Source: an uncultured Acidobacteriota bacterium (GTDB lineage Bacteria; Acidobacteriota; Terriglobia; Terriglobales; Acidobacteriaceae). From it: a stretch of 64,000 bases of DNA. How positions within the stretch are numbered: the first letter of the stretch is position 1; each line of letters starts with the position of its first letter. Location: the NCBI GenBank assembly GCA_963799305.1, contig CAWCWX010000004.1:43320-107319 (forward strand), given 5' to 3'. Under the pieces are notes generated by a model. It did not search any database. It saw only the letters and a list, made by a program, of their open reading frames with translations, and had not been told where the DNA came from. Both the position numbers and the translations under genes were made by a program. Of this stretch, positions 9,067 through 17,679 are shown piece after piece.

Positions 9067-9374
9067 GGGATCGCTTGCACCCCGATGGGTGCGAACTGCG
9101 CTACGGCTCCATCATTTATCGACTCCCGTTGCGGGAGTTTCATTGCGTCTACATGGAAGCTCGGCGAGCAGAGCTGATCCTCACTAATAAGGGCTATCCC
9201 TGTCTTGTTGACCAGCCGGGACCCATGCGACGAGGGGGTTAGGGTACCAGTGTAGTCTAGCGAATCTCCCCGACCGCCTTGTCCCCGATGAACAGGCACT
9301 TGTCGGACTGTGAGTAATTGATCGTTATTCCGATACGTTAGTGACTAGATATTCACCTGGTGGCGACATCGCGA

Positions 9375-9406
9375 GAAAAAACAGCCGCCCAGACATCGGG
9401 CGGCTG
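9375..9406 (-). terminator. Rho-independent terminator of the beta-helix gene
   Basis: Stem CAGCCGCCC (9382-9390) pairs with GGGCGGCTG (9398-9406) and is followed on the minus strand by TTTTTTCTC. It lies 24 nt past the stop at 9430. Confidence 0.6.
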
Positions 9407-9429
9407 ATATCGCGCAAAGTTGGTCAAAT

Positions 9430-10353
9430 CTATTCCAGGTCTTTTAGCTTCGAATTGCTGACAGGCTCAACGCAGTTGGTAATACCGCCTGTTCTCGCGA
9501 CAAAGTGAGTGATCGTGAATTGCGGGGCGCAGTTTACGTCCAGACCACTCAAGTTACCCGTTACAGTGGCGCTTTGGAAGCCCGCGAAAGAGGCGTCTTC
9601 CAGATGGACACCGTCACCGCCATTGCCGGTTACTATCGCACTATTCCGAAACGCTACCGTGGAGCCAGCGCGCATTGTTATGCCATTACCGACGCTCCCA
9701 CTCACTGTACCGCCGAGGAGTGACAGGTTGGACGAGGCCGCCAAAATGCCACTCCCGTTGTTGAGAACGCTGGAATTGGAAGCCAGGAAGTAAGACCCTT
9801 CGAGGACGATTCCTTGCGCCCCATTCGTTTGGAAAACGTCATTGCTGCTGGACATTTGCGAACCACCTTCGACCGTTGCGCCGCGGCCCCCGTTCTCGAT
9901 CACATTGCTCTCAAGAAAGGAACGGGAACCACCACTTACCCCTACACCCCCAGCCTCAATCGTGTTGCCAGTCAGGTAACAAACACTTGCGGAGCCACAA
10001 TTCACGCCCCCGACTCCGCCGATGATAGTGAATCCCTGCACGGTCACGCTGTGCGAGTCCTCAACGTCCACGACCGCTAAGGTTCCGTTGGAACGGTCCC
10101 TGATCGAGGCGCCATTCTTGGTGATCAGGGTCAGTCGATCCATGCTTTGAACCACTATGTTCTCTCTGCAACTGCCTGCCACAAATATCGTATTCGGTCC
10201 CTGGGGATTGGCATTCGCCAAAAGTTTCACGGCCTTGTGAATCGTTTCTTTCTTGTCGCAATTCACGGTTAGGTTCGCAGCTTGAGCGCGCTGGCTGGCC
10301 GCCCCAATACACCCCAATAGAATCAACGCAAAAACCCTTGCTCTTTGTCTCAT
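9430..10353 (-). CDS. Secreted right-handed parallel beta-helix repeat protein
   Basis: The ORF track gives 9430..10440. ATG 10353 yields the signal peptide MRQRARVFALILLGCIGAASQRAQA. Gly/Asn/Val-rich coils of ~22 residues repeat through the protein (VTVQGFTIIGG, NTIEAGG, NVIENGG, IVLEGS, VLNNGSG, AIVTGNGGDG). Confidence 0.7.
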   Translation of the reverse strand: MRQRARVFALILLGCIGAASQRAQAANLTVNCDKKETIHKAVKLLANANPQGPNTIFVAGSCRENIVVQSMDRLTLITKNGASIRDRSNGTLAVVDVEDSHSVTVQGFTIIGGVGGVNCGSASVCYLTGNTIEAGGVGVSGGSRSFLESNVIENGGRGATVEGGSQMSSSNDVFQTNGAQGIVLEGSYFLASNSSVLNNGSGILAASSNLSLLGGTVSGSVGNGITMRAGSTVAFRNSAIVTGNGGDGVHLEDASFAGFQSATVTGNLSGLDVNCAPQFTITHFVARTGGITNCVEPVSNSKLKDLE

Positions 10354-10429
10354 GATGTTCACCTCGATGAAGTTCAAATTCCTTTCGCGTTCAATACAGG
10401 CTTTCGTGCCTTCCTTACTCGCAGAGCCG

Positions 10430-11086
10430 CTATGGCACAACCGTGATGGTGACTGTTCCCAGTTCTCCCGTGTCCAAGGTTGCGGTAATTGTGGTGGTCC
10501 CAGTCGCTACAAGTGTGGCGTGTCCACCAAGGTAGGGATAAATGTCCACGATTCCGCCCGGGCTCGCTGTCCAAGTCGCGAGGCCACCGACATCCAGTGT
10601 GCTGCCATCGGGAAAAGTTTCTGTCGCATAGAAGTCGATCTCTGGAGTTGCAGACAGACTGAAGGGGCCCGTCGGAGTGATGTCCAGGACACCCGTCTGC
10701 CCGACGACCACCAGTGTCGAACCCGTTTTCCCGTCCAGAGATACCCTAATCGTGGCCGAACCGATCCCCGTCCCGGTGACCAGCCCCTTATTCACCATTG
10801 CTACGTCCGGGTTCGAAGTACTCCAAGGTGCAGAGCTGGTCACATCTTTGTCAGCGAAGTCGGTGGCGGAGATTTGATATTCAGCGTTCGCACTCACCTG
10901 AACCGTCTTACCCACCGCGATGGAGGGCGCCGAACGAGGTTGCAGAGTGACGGCGACCAGAAACGGATACTTTTGTTGGTTGGTACCCGCGTTGGTGGCG
11001 CTATTGCACGCCACCAGAGTCAGCAGGGGCAGCGGAAGGGCCCCAAACAAAATTAGTGAGAAGATCTTTGCTGCCATGGTCTTCAT
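10430..11086 (-). CDS. Lipoprotein with bacterial Ig-like (Big_2-type) domains
   Basis: 218-aa ORF with the lipobox LTLVAC and Ig-like strings TVQVSANAEY...WSTSNPDVAMVNKGLVTGTGIGSATIRV and ATWTASPGGIV...ATLVATGTTTITA. Confidence 0.75.
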   Translation of the reverse strand: MKTMAAKIFSLILFGALPLPLLTLVACNSATNAGTNQQKYPFLVAVTLQPRSAPSIAVGKTVQVSANAEYQISATDFADKDVTSSAPWSTSNPDVAMVNKGLVTGTGIGSATIRVSLDGKTGSTLVVVGQTGVLDITPTGPFSLSATPEIDFYATETFPDGSTLDVGGLATWTASPGGIVDIYPYLGGHATLVATGTTTITATLDTGELGTVTITVVP

Positions 11087-11165
11087 GGAAGACTCCCTTT
11101 TTGTTTCTTGTGAGGGGATTCTTGCCAGTGATTCAGGCCAGCAAAGATCCCGCGCGGTAGTGGCA

Positions 11166-11709
11166 TTAGTCTGCCGTGATCCGTTGAGCTGTCACGTTGC
11201 CGTTCCCATGACCAATGATGTTCCCGTTGTTGTCATACTGGTCGACGGTAAAAGTCCCCGCGTAACTGTTGTGGCTCCGATCCAGGACCACCTCTTGCCT
11301 CATGTTGAGGGGGCCGATGAAAATCGTCCCAGTGGGGTCCCACTGCATCGCAAAGTGATTGAGCTTGTAGGTAGATCGCCCGGTCCGCTTCCACACACCC
11401 ATGCAGAAATTGCCGGATATCGGCGGGACGCGACGAGTTCAGGATTTCCGTTCCATCGGCGTGCCACTGGGTATACCCCTGATCGATCACGGTGCCGTCG
11501 GGTAATGAGAGCTGCACTTTCCAGAAACCTACGATCGGCGCGCCGACCCAATCGTTCCTGGAAACCGTCTCCAAGGACGTAGGTTTAAGCGAAGCCGACG
11601 GCTTCGGGTTCGAATAAGCACATCCGGTGTTGGACGACTGAGCCAATGCTCCCTGCGCGAGACCGAGAGAAATAACGCCGAGGGCCAGCCATAACTTAGT
11701 GTTCTTCAT
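11166..11709 (-). pseudogene. Secreted protein gene interrupted by a 1-nt frameshift
   Basis: Two overlapping minus ORFs lie in different frames (11233..11805 and 11166..11402). ATG 11709 (GAGGAG upstream) gives the signal peptide MKNTKLWLALGVISLGLAQGALA. The sensible reading switches frame near 11415-11425 (...NSSRPADI then GNFCMGVWKRTG...) and continues to the stop at 11166. Confidence 0.55.
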
Positions 11710-11942
11710 AAATGTTCTCCTCAGAAAATCCGAATTAACCGCCTGCCATTTCGCGACGGCCCGGAGACATTCACACAAGTCAGGTTTGGGCGCAATGCAG
11801 CGCACTTCAATTCCAGTTCAACTTTTCTTCAAGAGACAAGTGGCTGCCAGCACAAGACTTACAGCCGACGGCTTGAAAATATCTTTTGACGCCTATACCG
11901 CCCCCTGTTACTCTCGACGCCAATCGGGTGCAACGGGTCGGT

Positions 11943-13799
11943 ATGCCCACCTCTGTCTCTACCCCACGCCGTATCGCGTTTGGCGACTACGAAGCAGACC
12001 TTCGATCGGGCGAGTTACTAAGAAATGGGAAACGAGTGCGGCTACAGGAACAGCCGTTCCAATTACTCGTGATGCTCTTGGAGCGTCCCGGAGAGCTCGT
12101 CACCCGAGACGAGATTTGCCAAAAACTGTGGTCGGGAGACACATTTGTCGACTTCGATCGCAGTCTGGGAACTGCGGTCAATAAGATTCGCGAGGTTCTG
12201 AACGATTCCGCCACGGAGCCTCGTTTTGTAGAAACCCTGCCTCGGCGGGGTTATCGGTTTATTGCACCGGTCAGGCCAGTTGTGGAGTCCCCGGCGGCGG
12301 ATCGGGAGCCATCTCCCCCACAAGAGAATAAGGTGGGCGATCGGACCCCAGCCGTACGAAGAGTCATTTGGGCTTGTTCTTTGGCCGCGCTGCTGATATC
12401 GGGTTTGGCGGCCTGGGATTTTCTGCGTACTCCTCCCGTAAGGTCGATTGCAGTACTTCCGCTGGTGAGTTCTTCGGACGACCCTGGGCAGCAATACTTT
12501 GCCTACGCCGTAGCCGACGAGCTGATCACCAACCTGGCCCAGATCGGTTCGATTCGGGTCATCTCGCATACCTCAGCCTCGTCGTACACTCACACGCATA
12601 AGACTGCTCCACAGATTGCCCGCGAATTAGGCGTGGATGCCCTGGTCGAAGGATCGGTAGCGCGGTCCGGCAATCGCGTGCGGATGACCGCGCAGCTCAT
12701 CCGCGCCGCTTCGGACAGTCATTTGTGGGCGCAGACGTATGACTTCGATATCAGCGACATTCTCACCGTGCAAGGCAAGCTGGCACGTGAGATCGCCGAC
12801 AGCATTTCTGTTCGCCTTACCCCGCACGAAAGGGTTCAGCTCGCGCGTGACCGTCCCGTAAACCCAGAGGTCGCCCTCCTCTACTTCAGAGGCTCGTATC
12901 TGTTGAGCAGGTCAGACGCCAAGCGAGCCAGAGACCTGTTCAAGCAGGCGACCGACCTAGACCCGAACAGCGCGGAAGCCTGGGCCGGGTTGGCGGATGC
13001 ATTGCACACGATGGGGGTGCAGGGCGACGACGACGCCTTCGAGCCAGCCAAAGAGGCTGCCAAAAGGGCTCTGGATCTCGACCCATCCCAGGCGCAAGCT
13101 CTGATGGCGTTAGGCGCGATTTCCTTCCTTTTTGACTGGAACCCGGCACAATCCGAGGACTACTTCCGGAGGGCGATCGCTTCCCGTCCGAACTACGCGA
13201 TGGCCCACGCTCTCTTCGCCACCACCCTGGCACACCGCGGCAAGACCGAGGAGGCCATCCGGGAGATCAACACGGCTATCGGCCTGGATCCAGTTTCGGT
13301 ACCGATCAACTCATTCGAGTGGCATGTGTATTTCTGTGCGCGCCGTTATGACGACGCCATGCGAGTCATACTGGCGGCAAATGAACTGGATCCCACATTC
13401 GCGCCGGCCTACGGACGCCTCGCCCACAGCTACGATCAAAAAGGCGAGTATCAGAAGGCCATCGACACGCGCGTTCGCGGCCGCATCGTGGGAGGAGAGT
13501 CCCCCGAGACGGCAAACCGCGACGTCGCGGGTCTCCGCGCCGCACTTGCCTCGGGCGGGCACCGCGGGATGTGCCAGTACGAACTGGACCAGATCCCACT
13601 GGCCGAGCGCTACAGCACCGGCCCTGCGGGCTTGTACATGTGCCTGGGCAACAAAGAGGAGGCCCTCACGGCACTGGAAAAGGGTTACCAGAACAGGGAG
13701 CACTATTTGATTGTGTGGATCATCGCCCCAGAGTTTGACGCACTGCGCTCCGAGCCGCGTTTTCAAAAAATTCTGCGGGATCTGGGCCTTTCATCGTGA
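11943..13799 (+). CDS. Membrane-bound winged-helix (OmpR/CadC-type) transcriptional regulator with TolB-N-like and TPR domains
   Basis: The ORF track gives 11886; I chose ATG 11943. The wHTH strings are LLVMLLERPGELVTRDEICQKLW, VNKIREVL and ETLPRRGYRF. There is one TM (VIWACSLAALLISGLAAW), then IAVLPLVSSSDDP..., then TPR-like repeats to the C-terminus. Confidence 0.85.
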   Translation: MPTSVSTPRRIAFGDYEADLRSGELLRNGKRVRLQEQPFQLLVMLLERPGELVTRDEICQKLWSGDTFVDFDRSLGTAVNKIREVLNDSATEPRFVETLPRRGYRFIAPVRPVVESPAADREPSPPQENKVGDRTPAVRRVIWACSLAALLISGLAAWDFLRTPPVRSIAVLPLVSSSDDPGQQYFAYAVADELITNLAQIGSIRVISHTSASSYTHTHKTAPQIARELGVDALVEGSVARSGNRVRMTAQLIRAASDSHLWAQTYDFDISDILTVQGKLAREIADSISVRLTPHERVQLARDRPVNPEVALLYFRGSYLLSRSDAKRARDLFKQATDLDPNSAEAWAGLADALHTMGVQGDDDAFEPAKEAAKRALDLDPSQAQALMALGAISFLFDWNPAQSEDYFRRAIASRPNYAMAHALFATTLAHRGKTEEAIREINTAIGLDPVSVPINSFEWHVYFCARRYDDAMRVILAANELDPTFAPAYGRLAHSYDQKGEYQKAIDTRVRGRIVGGESPETANRDVAGLRAALASGGHRGMCQYELDQIPLAERYSTGPAGLYMCLGNKEEALTALEKGYQNREHYLIVWIIAPEFDALRSEPRFQKILRDLGLSS

Positions 13800-14089
13800 A
13801 GGGCTTCTTGCTCCGCCACCACCTTTGCGCCGGCTGGGCTTGTTTCATCCTCTCGCTGAGTGCATTGGCACAGGTTCAGAATGGCCAAATCACGGGCGTG
13901 ATCTCCGACTCCTCCGGTGCGATCGTGCCTCACGCCAGCGTACACGCGCGCAATCTGGCGATCGGATACGAATCCGATTTTGAAAGCAACGGTTCGGGTA
14001 TCTATACCATTCCGGAATTGATCGTTGGCTCCTACACCATCCGCGTCAGTGTCAGACGGGGACAAGCGTTCTTCAAAACCGCATTCTAG
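13796..14089 (+). pseudogene. N-terminal remnant of a carboxypeptidase-regulatory-domain / TonB-dependent-receptor-like gene
   Basis: 97-aa ORF overlapping the regulator stop (GTGA). It has a signal peptide plus QITGVISDSSGAIVPHASVHARNL...GIYTIPELIVGSYTIRVS. This is the usual opening beta-sandwich of receptor-like proteins longer than 1000 aa, but the ORF stops at 14089 with no plug or barrel following. Confidence 0.45.
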
Positions 14090-14484
14090 ATCAAAAGCCT
14101 ATTGATCAAAAACATAGACTAACCATCGACGGCGATGGGGCGCGAATACTCTGAACGAGGCCCCAACGACGATATTGGGCCGGGTCCCGCGGACGAGCCT
14201 ACGTCGAACCGGCGAACCCACCCAGGGCACCAGTGCACAGGCGGAACCGCCTTGCGGGCGTTATTTTTCGACCGCAATTTCCCATATTGCAACAAAATTA
14301 GCAGGCGAGGACCGGCCCCGCCGGTTCATTATTCCATTCCGTTGCCCAGAAGGCGTATCGTGAAATTAACGACGTTGCCGGCAGACTCTCTAGCACAGGT
14401 GCCATTGGATAGTTCGCTGGAGAGCTCTAGTTCGGAAGGACGGGCAGTCGAAAAAAGATTCCAGGTTCTGACGGAGAGCAGTGC

Positions 14485-15882
14485 ATGAACATTTCAGTGA
14501 TTGGAGCCGGCTATGTCGGCCTGACAACGGCGGCATGCCTGGCGGAAATCGGGCACACGGTCGTGTGCGCCGACAACGATGAGCGCAAGCTCGAGCTCCT
14601 CCGGAATGGCGAGATCCCGTTCTTCGAGCCCCACCTCAAAAAAATCGTAGTGGGCAACACCGGGGCTGGCCGCTTGCGGTTTGAGACCACCGAAGATGCC
14701 GTTACTGGCGCCCAAGCGATTTTCATCTGTGTGGGGACGCCTCCGTTGGAAAACGGCGATGCCGATCTTTCCGCAGTCGCTAACGTGGCGCGCACCATTG
14801 GACAGCGGACCTCCGGCCCCTGCCTGGTCATCGAAAAAAGCACTGTCCCGGTACAGACTGGGCAGCAACTCAAGCGGCAACTCGATCTCTACACTAGCAA
14901 AGGACTGCACTGCCATCTGGTATCGAATCCCGAGTTTTTGAGGGAGGGCTCGGCCATCGAAGACTTCTTCCATCCCGATCGGGTGGTGATTGGCGTAGAA
15001 ACGGAAGAAGCCGCGCGCCAGATGGAAGAAATCTACCGGCCGATTCTCGAACAGAGTTATGCATGCCCGGTGCACGCGCAATGTAGCAACCGCCGTAAGC
15101 CTGCCTGGATCGTGACTGATACCAACTCCTCGGAGTTGATCAAGCACGCTTCCAACTCGTTCCTGGCCATGAAGATTTCCTTCATTAACATGGTGGCCGA
15201 CTTGTGCGAGGTCGTAGGAGCCGACGTCACCAAGATCGCCCTTGGCATGGGGATGGATCCACGCATCGGTCCGGCGTTTCTGAATCCCGGTATCGGCTTT
15301 GGCGGCTTTTGCTTTCCAAAGGACGTCCAGGCCTTTGTCCGCATTGCCGAGAAGGCGGGTTGCGATTTTTCGCTGCTGAAGGAAGTCGAAAAAATTAATA
15401 AGCGTCGTATCGATTTGTTCGTGGAAAAGGTTCGGCGCGAACTTTGGGTCATTCGTGGACAGAAGATTGCCCTATTCGGCCTCGCATTCAAGCCCAATAC
15501 CGATGACATACGCTTTGCACCCGCAATCGAGTTGCTGAGGGTGTTGATTCATGAAGGTGCGATCGTGAGCGCGTATGATCCGCAAGCTGGCGAGAAGGCC
15601 CGGGCGGCTCTACCCGAAGTTCGATATTGCTCCAGTCCGTACGAAGCGGCCCGAGGTGCGGACGCAGTACTGATTGCCACAGAGTGGGAAGAGTTCAGCA
15701 AACTGGATTGGCAGGAACTAAAGAAGCTGGTGGCGCGTCCTCTGATTCTTGACGGCCGGAATATGTTCAGCCCTGCGGTGATGACCGCACAGGGATTTCA
15801 TTACATCAGCATCGGTCGCCCATCGGCCTTTTCGGCCACCGGACAAGAACCCCCCGTTCAGGACGTTGCCGTTTTGAAGTAG
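14485..15882 (+). CDS. ugd: UDP-glucose 6-dehydrogenase (nucleotide-sugar dehydrogenase family)
   Basis: 465-aa ORF with the NAD-binding start MNISVIGAGYVGL and the catalytic Cys context GFGGFCFPKD. Confidence 0.9.
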   Translation: MNISVIGAGYVGLTTAACLAEIGHTVVCADNDERKLELLRNGEIPFFEPHLKKIVVGNTGAGRLRFETTEDAVTGAQAIFICVGTPPLENGDADLSAVANVARTIGQRTSGPCLVIEKSTVPVQTGQQLKRQLDLYTSKGLHCHLVSNPEFLREGSAIEDFFHPDRVVIGVETEEAARQMEEIYRPILEQSYACPVHAQCSNRRKPAWIVTDTNSSELIKHASNSFLAMKISFINMVADLCEVVGADVTKIALGMGMDPRIGPAFLNPGIGFGGFCFPKDVQAFVRIAEKAGCDFSLLKEVEKINKRRIDLFVEKVRRELWVIRGQKIALFGLAFKPNTDDIRFAPAIELLRVLIHEGAIVSAYDPQAGEKARAALPEVRYCSSPYEAARGADAVLIATEWEEFSKLDWQELKKLVARPLILDGRNMFSPAVMTAQGFHYISIGRPSAFSATGQEPPVQDVAVLK

Positions 15883-15953
15883 GCCTGGCGATCAGAGGGG
15901 AAGGAACGCCTCGCACCATCGCCGGAGTTGTCGCGACCTACCACTAACTACAA

Positions 15954-15985
15954 AGCTCGCCTCCGAGTGATTCCGGAGGCGAGCT
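15954..15985. terminator. Hairpin between convergent genes (probable terminator)
   Basis: A perfect 12-bp stem, AGCTCGCCTCCG / CGGAGGCGAGCT, lies between ugd (+) and the PEP-CTERM-like gene (-). On the minus strand it is followed by TTTGTAGTT. Confidence 0.5.
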
Positions 15986-16011
15986 GATTACCTAATTATC
16001 TGAGCGAAAAG

Positions 16012-16248
16012 CTATGATTGATTGGACTGCAGCGAGCGCGAACGGATTACCATCGCACCCAAGCAGGTGATGCCTGCGCCAAGCAGGTAGATGGCAGCCG
16101 ATCCGCCTTCCGGCACTTGCTGACATCGCCGATCGCGTCTCGGATCGCATCCACGGTCTCCGTCTCTACCCGGCTTTCCAGCAAAAGACGCGGGCGCCAA
16201 GCAGAGTAGAAACAAAGCAGCTAAAACTAATTTTCGATTGCTCTTCAT
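16012..16248 (-). CDS. Mini-protein with signal peptide and PEP-CTERM-like sorting domain (VPEGG variant)
   Basis: The ORF track gives 16012..16269; I chose ATG 16248 (GGAG 11 nt upstream). The product is MKSNRKLVLAALFLLCLAPASFA (signal), GKPGRDGDRGCDPRRDRRCQQ (core), then VPEGGS, AAIYLLGAGITCLGAMVI (TM) and RSRS (basic cluster). Confidence 0.65.
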   Translation of the reverse strand: MKSNRKLVLAALFLLCLAPASFAGKPGRDGDRGCDPRRDRRCQQVPEGGSAAIYLLGAGITCLGAMVIRSRSLQSNQS

Positions 16249-16339
16249 CAGGAAGACTCCATACCACAATATTTTTCAACTTAGGGGAGTCCCTGCGGCA
16301 GAGATGCAAATTCGAAATTCGCCCCTGGCAGTTGTATCC

Positions 16340-16368
16340 ATTAGGCCTTTTTTGTAACCCACTGTCAA
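16340..16368 (-). promoter_or_regulatory. Sigma-70-like promoter candidate for the PEP-CTERM-like gene
   Basis: On the minus strand: TTGACA (16368-16363), a 17-nt spacer, then CCTAAT (16345-16340). It sits about 90 nt upstream of ATG 16248. Confidence 0.3.
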
Positions 16369-16379
16369 TATGGTACTTT

Positions 16380-16406
16380 TTGCAACAGTTGCAAGAGAAT
16401 GCAACT
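16380..16406. promoter_or_regulatory. Candidate operator: three TTGCAAC half-sites forming overlapping palindromes
   Basis: TTGCAAC-a-GTTGCAA (16380-16394) overlaps AGTTGCA-agagaa-TGCAACT (16387-16406). The site lies in the divergent region between 16248 (-) and 16539 (+), just upstream of the -35 candidate. Confidence 0.4.
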
Positions 16407-16538
16407 TGAGCGAGGTTTTTCCAAGCCGGAATTTCTTAAGAAGTCAGATAGTATTTGAAATTTTTATAAATCATTGATTATGCTGGCATTACAGCCACAC
16501 GTCGTTCTTGTTGATTGCAGTTCGATCGCGTCAGAACC

Positions 16539-16883
16539 ATGCGAAAGATTCAACAGTACGTCCTTCCGTTCGGTCTTATTGCCTTCGTATTCGCAGTCGC
16601 CCTGATGCGATGCACAGGTCCGGCCAAGCCTCACTATGTGACCCTCACGTGGGACCCTCCTGCCGCCCGCACTGGCGTCACACTCGCGGGATATAACGTC
16701 TACCGCCGTACAGCCGAGAGCAATTCTCCGGTCAAGATCGCCGAGAAAGTAACTGGCCCAACTTATGAAGACCGGCTGGTGAGCAGTGGCCGGAAGTACG
16801 TGTATGTGGTGACTTCAGTGGACACAACCGGCCGCGAAAGCGGGTTTTCGGCACCGGCGTACGCAGAGATTCCCTCACCTTAG
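16539..16883 (+). CDS. Membrane-anchored single FN3-like domain protein
   Basis: The ORF track starts at TTG 16515; I prefer ATG 16539. A hydrophobic N-terminus (YVLPFGLIAFVFAVALMRC) is followed by HYVTLTWDPP...GYNVYRR...YVYVVTSVDTTGRESGFS...AEIPSP. This resembles the C-termini of the 34175..39286 and 39592..40266 products. Confidence 0.7.
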   Translation: MRKIQQYVLPFGLIAFVFAVALMRCTGPAKPHYVTLTWDPPAARTGVTLAGYNVYRRTAESNSPVKIAEKVTGPTYEDRLVSSGRKYVYVVTSVDTTGRESGFSAPAYAEIPSP

Positions 16884-16890
16884 CAAATGC

Positions 16891-17679
16891 TCAGTGCGAT
16901 TGAAGCTCATCAACATAGCAGGGATATTCTCGCCGCGCCGACGCAGATATTTCGGGATTGAGATCCACTGTTTGGACAGGGTAGGTCGCGGTGGTTACAG
17001 CCAATAGCCGTCCTTGTGGCGCATACGCGAATCCGCCGCCGCCAAATTGAGTTCCACCGCTCGATTGGCCGACCCGGTTCGAACTAACGACATAAGCGCC
17101 TGAGACGAGCGAGGCCATAGCGGCAGCGATTTTCCATGGCTCTACGTTCATTCCTGATGCGCGAGGTATCACAATCAGGGAGGCGCCTTGCTTCCCGTAT
17201 GCGCGTGCGCGTTCGTTGAACATGGCCTCCGTGCACAACAGCACGCCAACCTTCAGACCCAGAATCTCGGTTACGTCAAACCCCGAAGCATCGCCGGAGT
17301 ACCATTCGCTTTCGAACCATCCCCGCTCATTGGGAAAATACTGCTTTCGGTGCAGCGCGCGGACGACTCTGTTTTGAAGTACGAATGCCTCATTCGCCAA
17401 CTGCTTGCCGTTCCACACCGGGCGCGAGGAAATAATTGCGGGCACCTCCAGATCGATTAGTCCTGCCAGCCCGTTCTCATGCATACGGATGCTCGCGTGC
17501 GCCGCGTCCTCCGAAAATGCCGGGCTTTCCGCAAGCCACGGCCCGAACGGCAGTTCATTCGTGACCAGGATGTCGGGACGGGCAGCGATGGCCGAGTCTT
17601 TCAACTCCCGCCACTGTGCGTTCTCCGTTGAAAGGTCGTCGGGCCATTCCACAAAAGCGATTTTCAGTGGCGTCACCAT
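16891..17679 (-). CDS. Carbon-nitrogen hydrolase (nitrilase superfamily) protein
   Basis: 262-aa ORF with Glu-Lys-Cys triad contexts VTNELPF, HRKQYFP and VLLCTEAMF. Confidence 0.85.
   Translation of the reverse strand: MVTPLKIAFVEWPDDLSTENAQWRELKDSAIAARPDILVTNELPFGPWLAESPAFSEDAAHASIRMHENGLAGLIDLEVPAIISSRPVWNGKQLANEAFVLQNRVVRALHRKQYFPNERGWFESEWYSGDASGFDVTEILGLKVGVLLCTEAMFNERARAYGKQGASLIVIPRASGMNVEPWKIAAAMASLVSGAYVVSSNRVGQSSGGTQFGGGGFAYAPQGRLLAVTTATYPVQTVDLNPEISASARREYPCYVDELQSH

Noticed and set aside
8865-9299. 144-aa minus-strand ORF overlapping the small membrane-protein gene
   Set aside because: It has no ribosome-binding site or motifs. The plus-strand ORF has a strong AGGAGG and TM helices.
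14135-14488. 117-aa ORF upstream of ugd
   Set aside because: The translation has no motifs and is Pro/Arg/Gly-rich, and it lies in the apparent deletion scar after the receptor remnant. It is probably non-coding.
16371-16384. TGGTACTTTTTGCA as a sigma-54 promoter
   Set aside because: The GG-to-GC spacing is 2 nt too short for a -24/-12 element.
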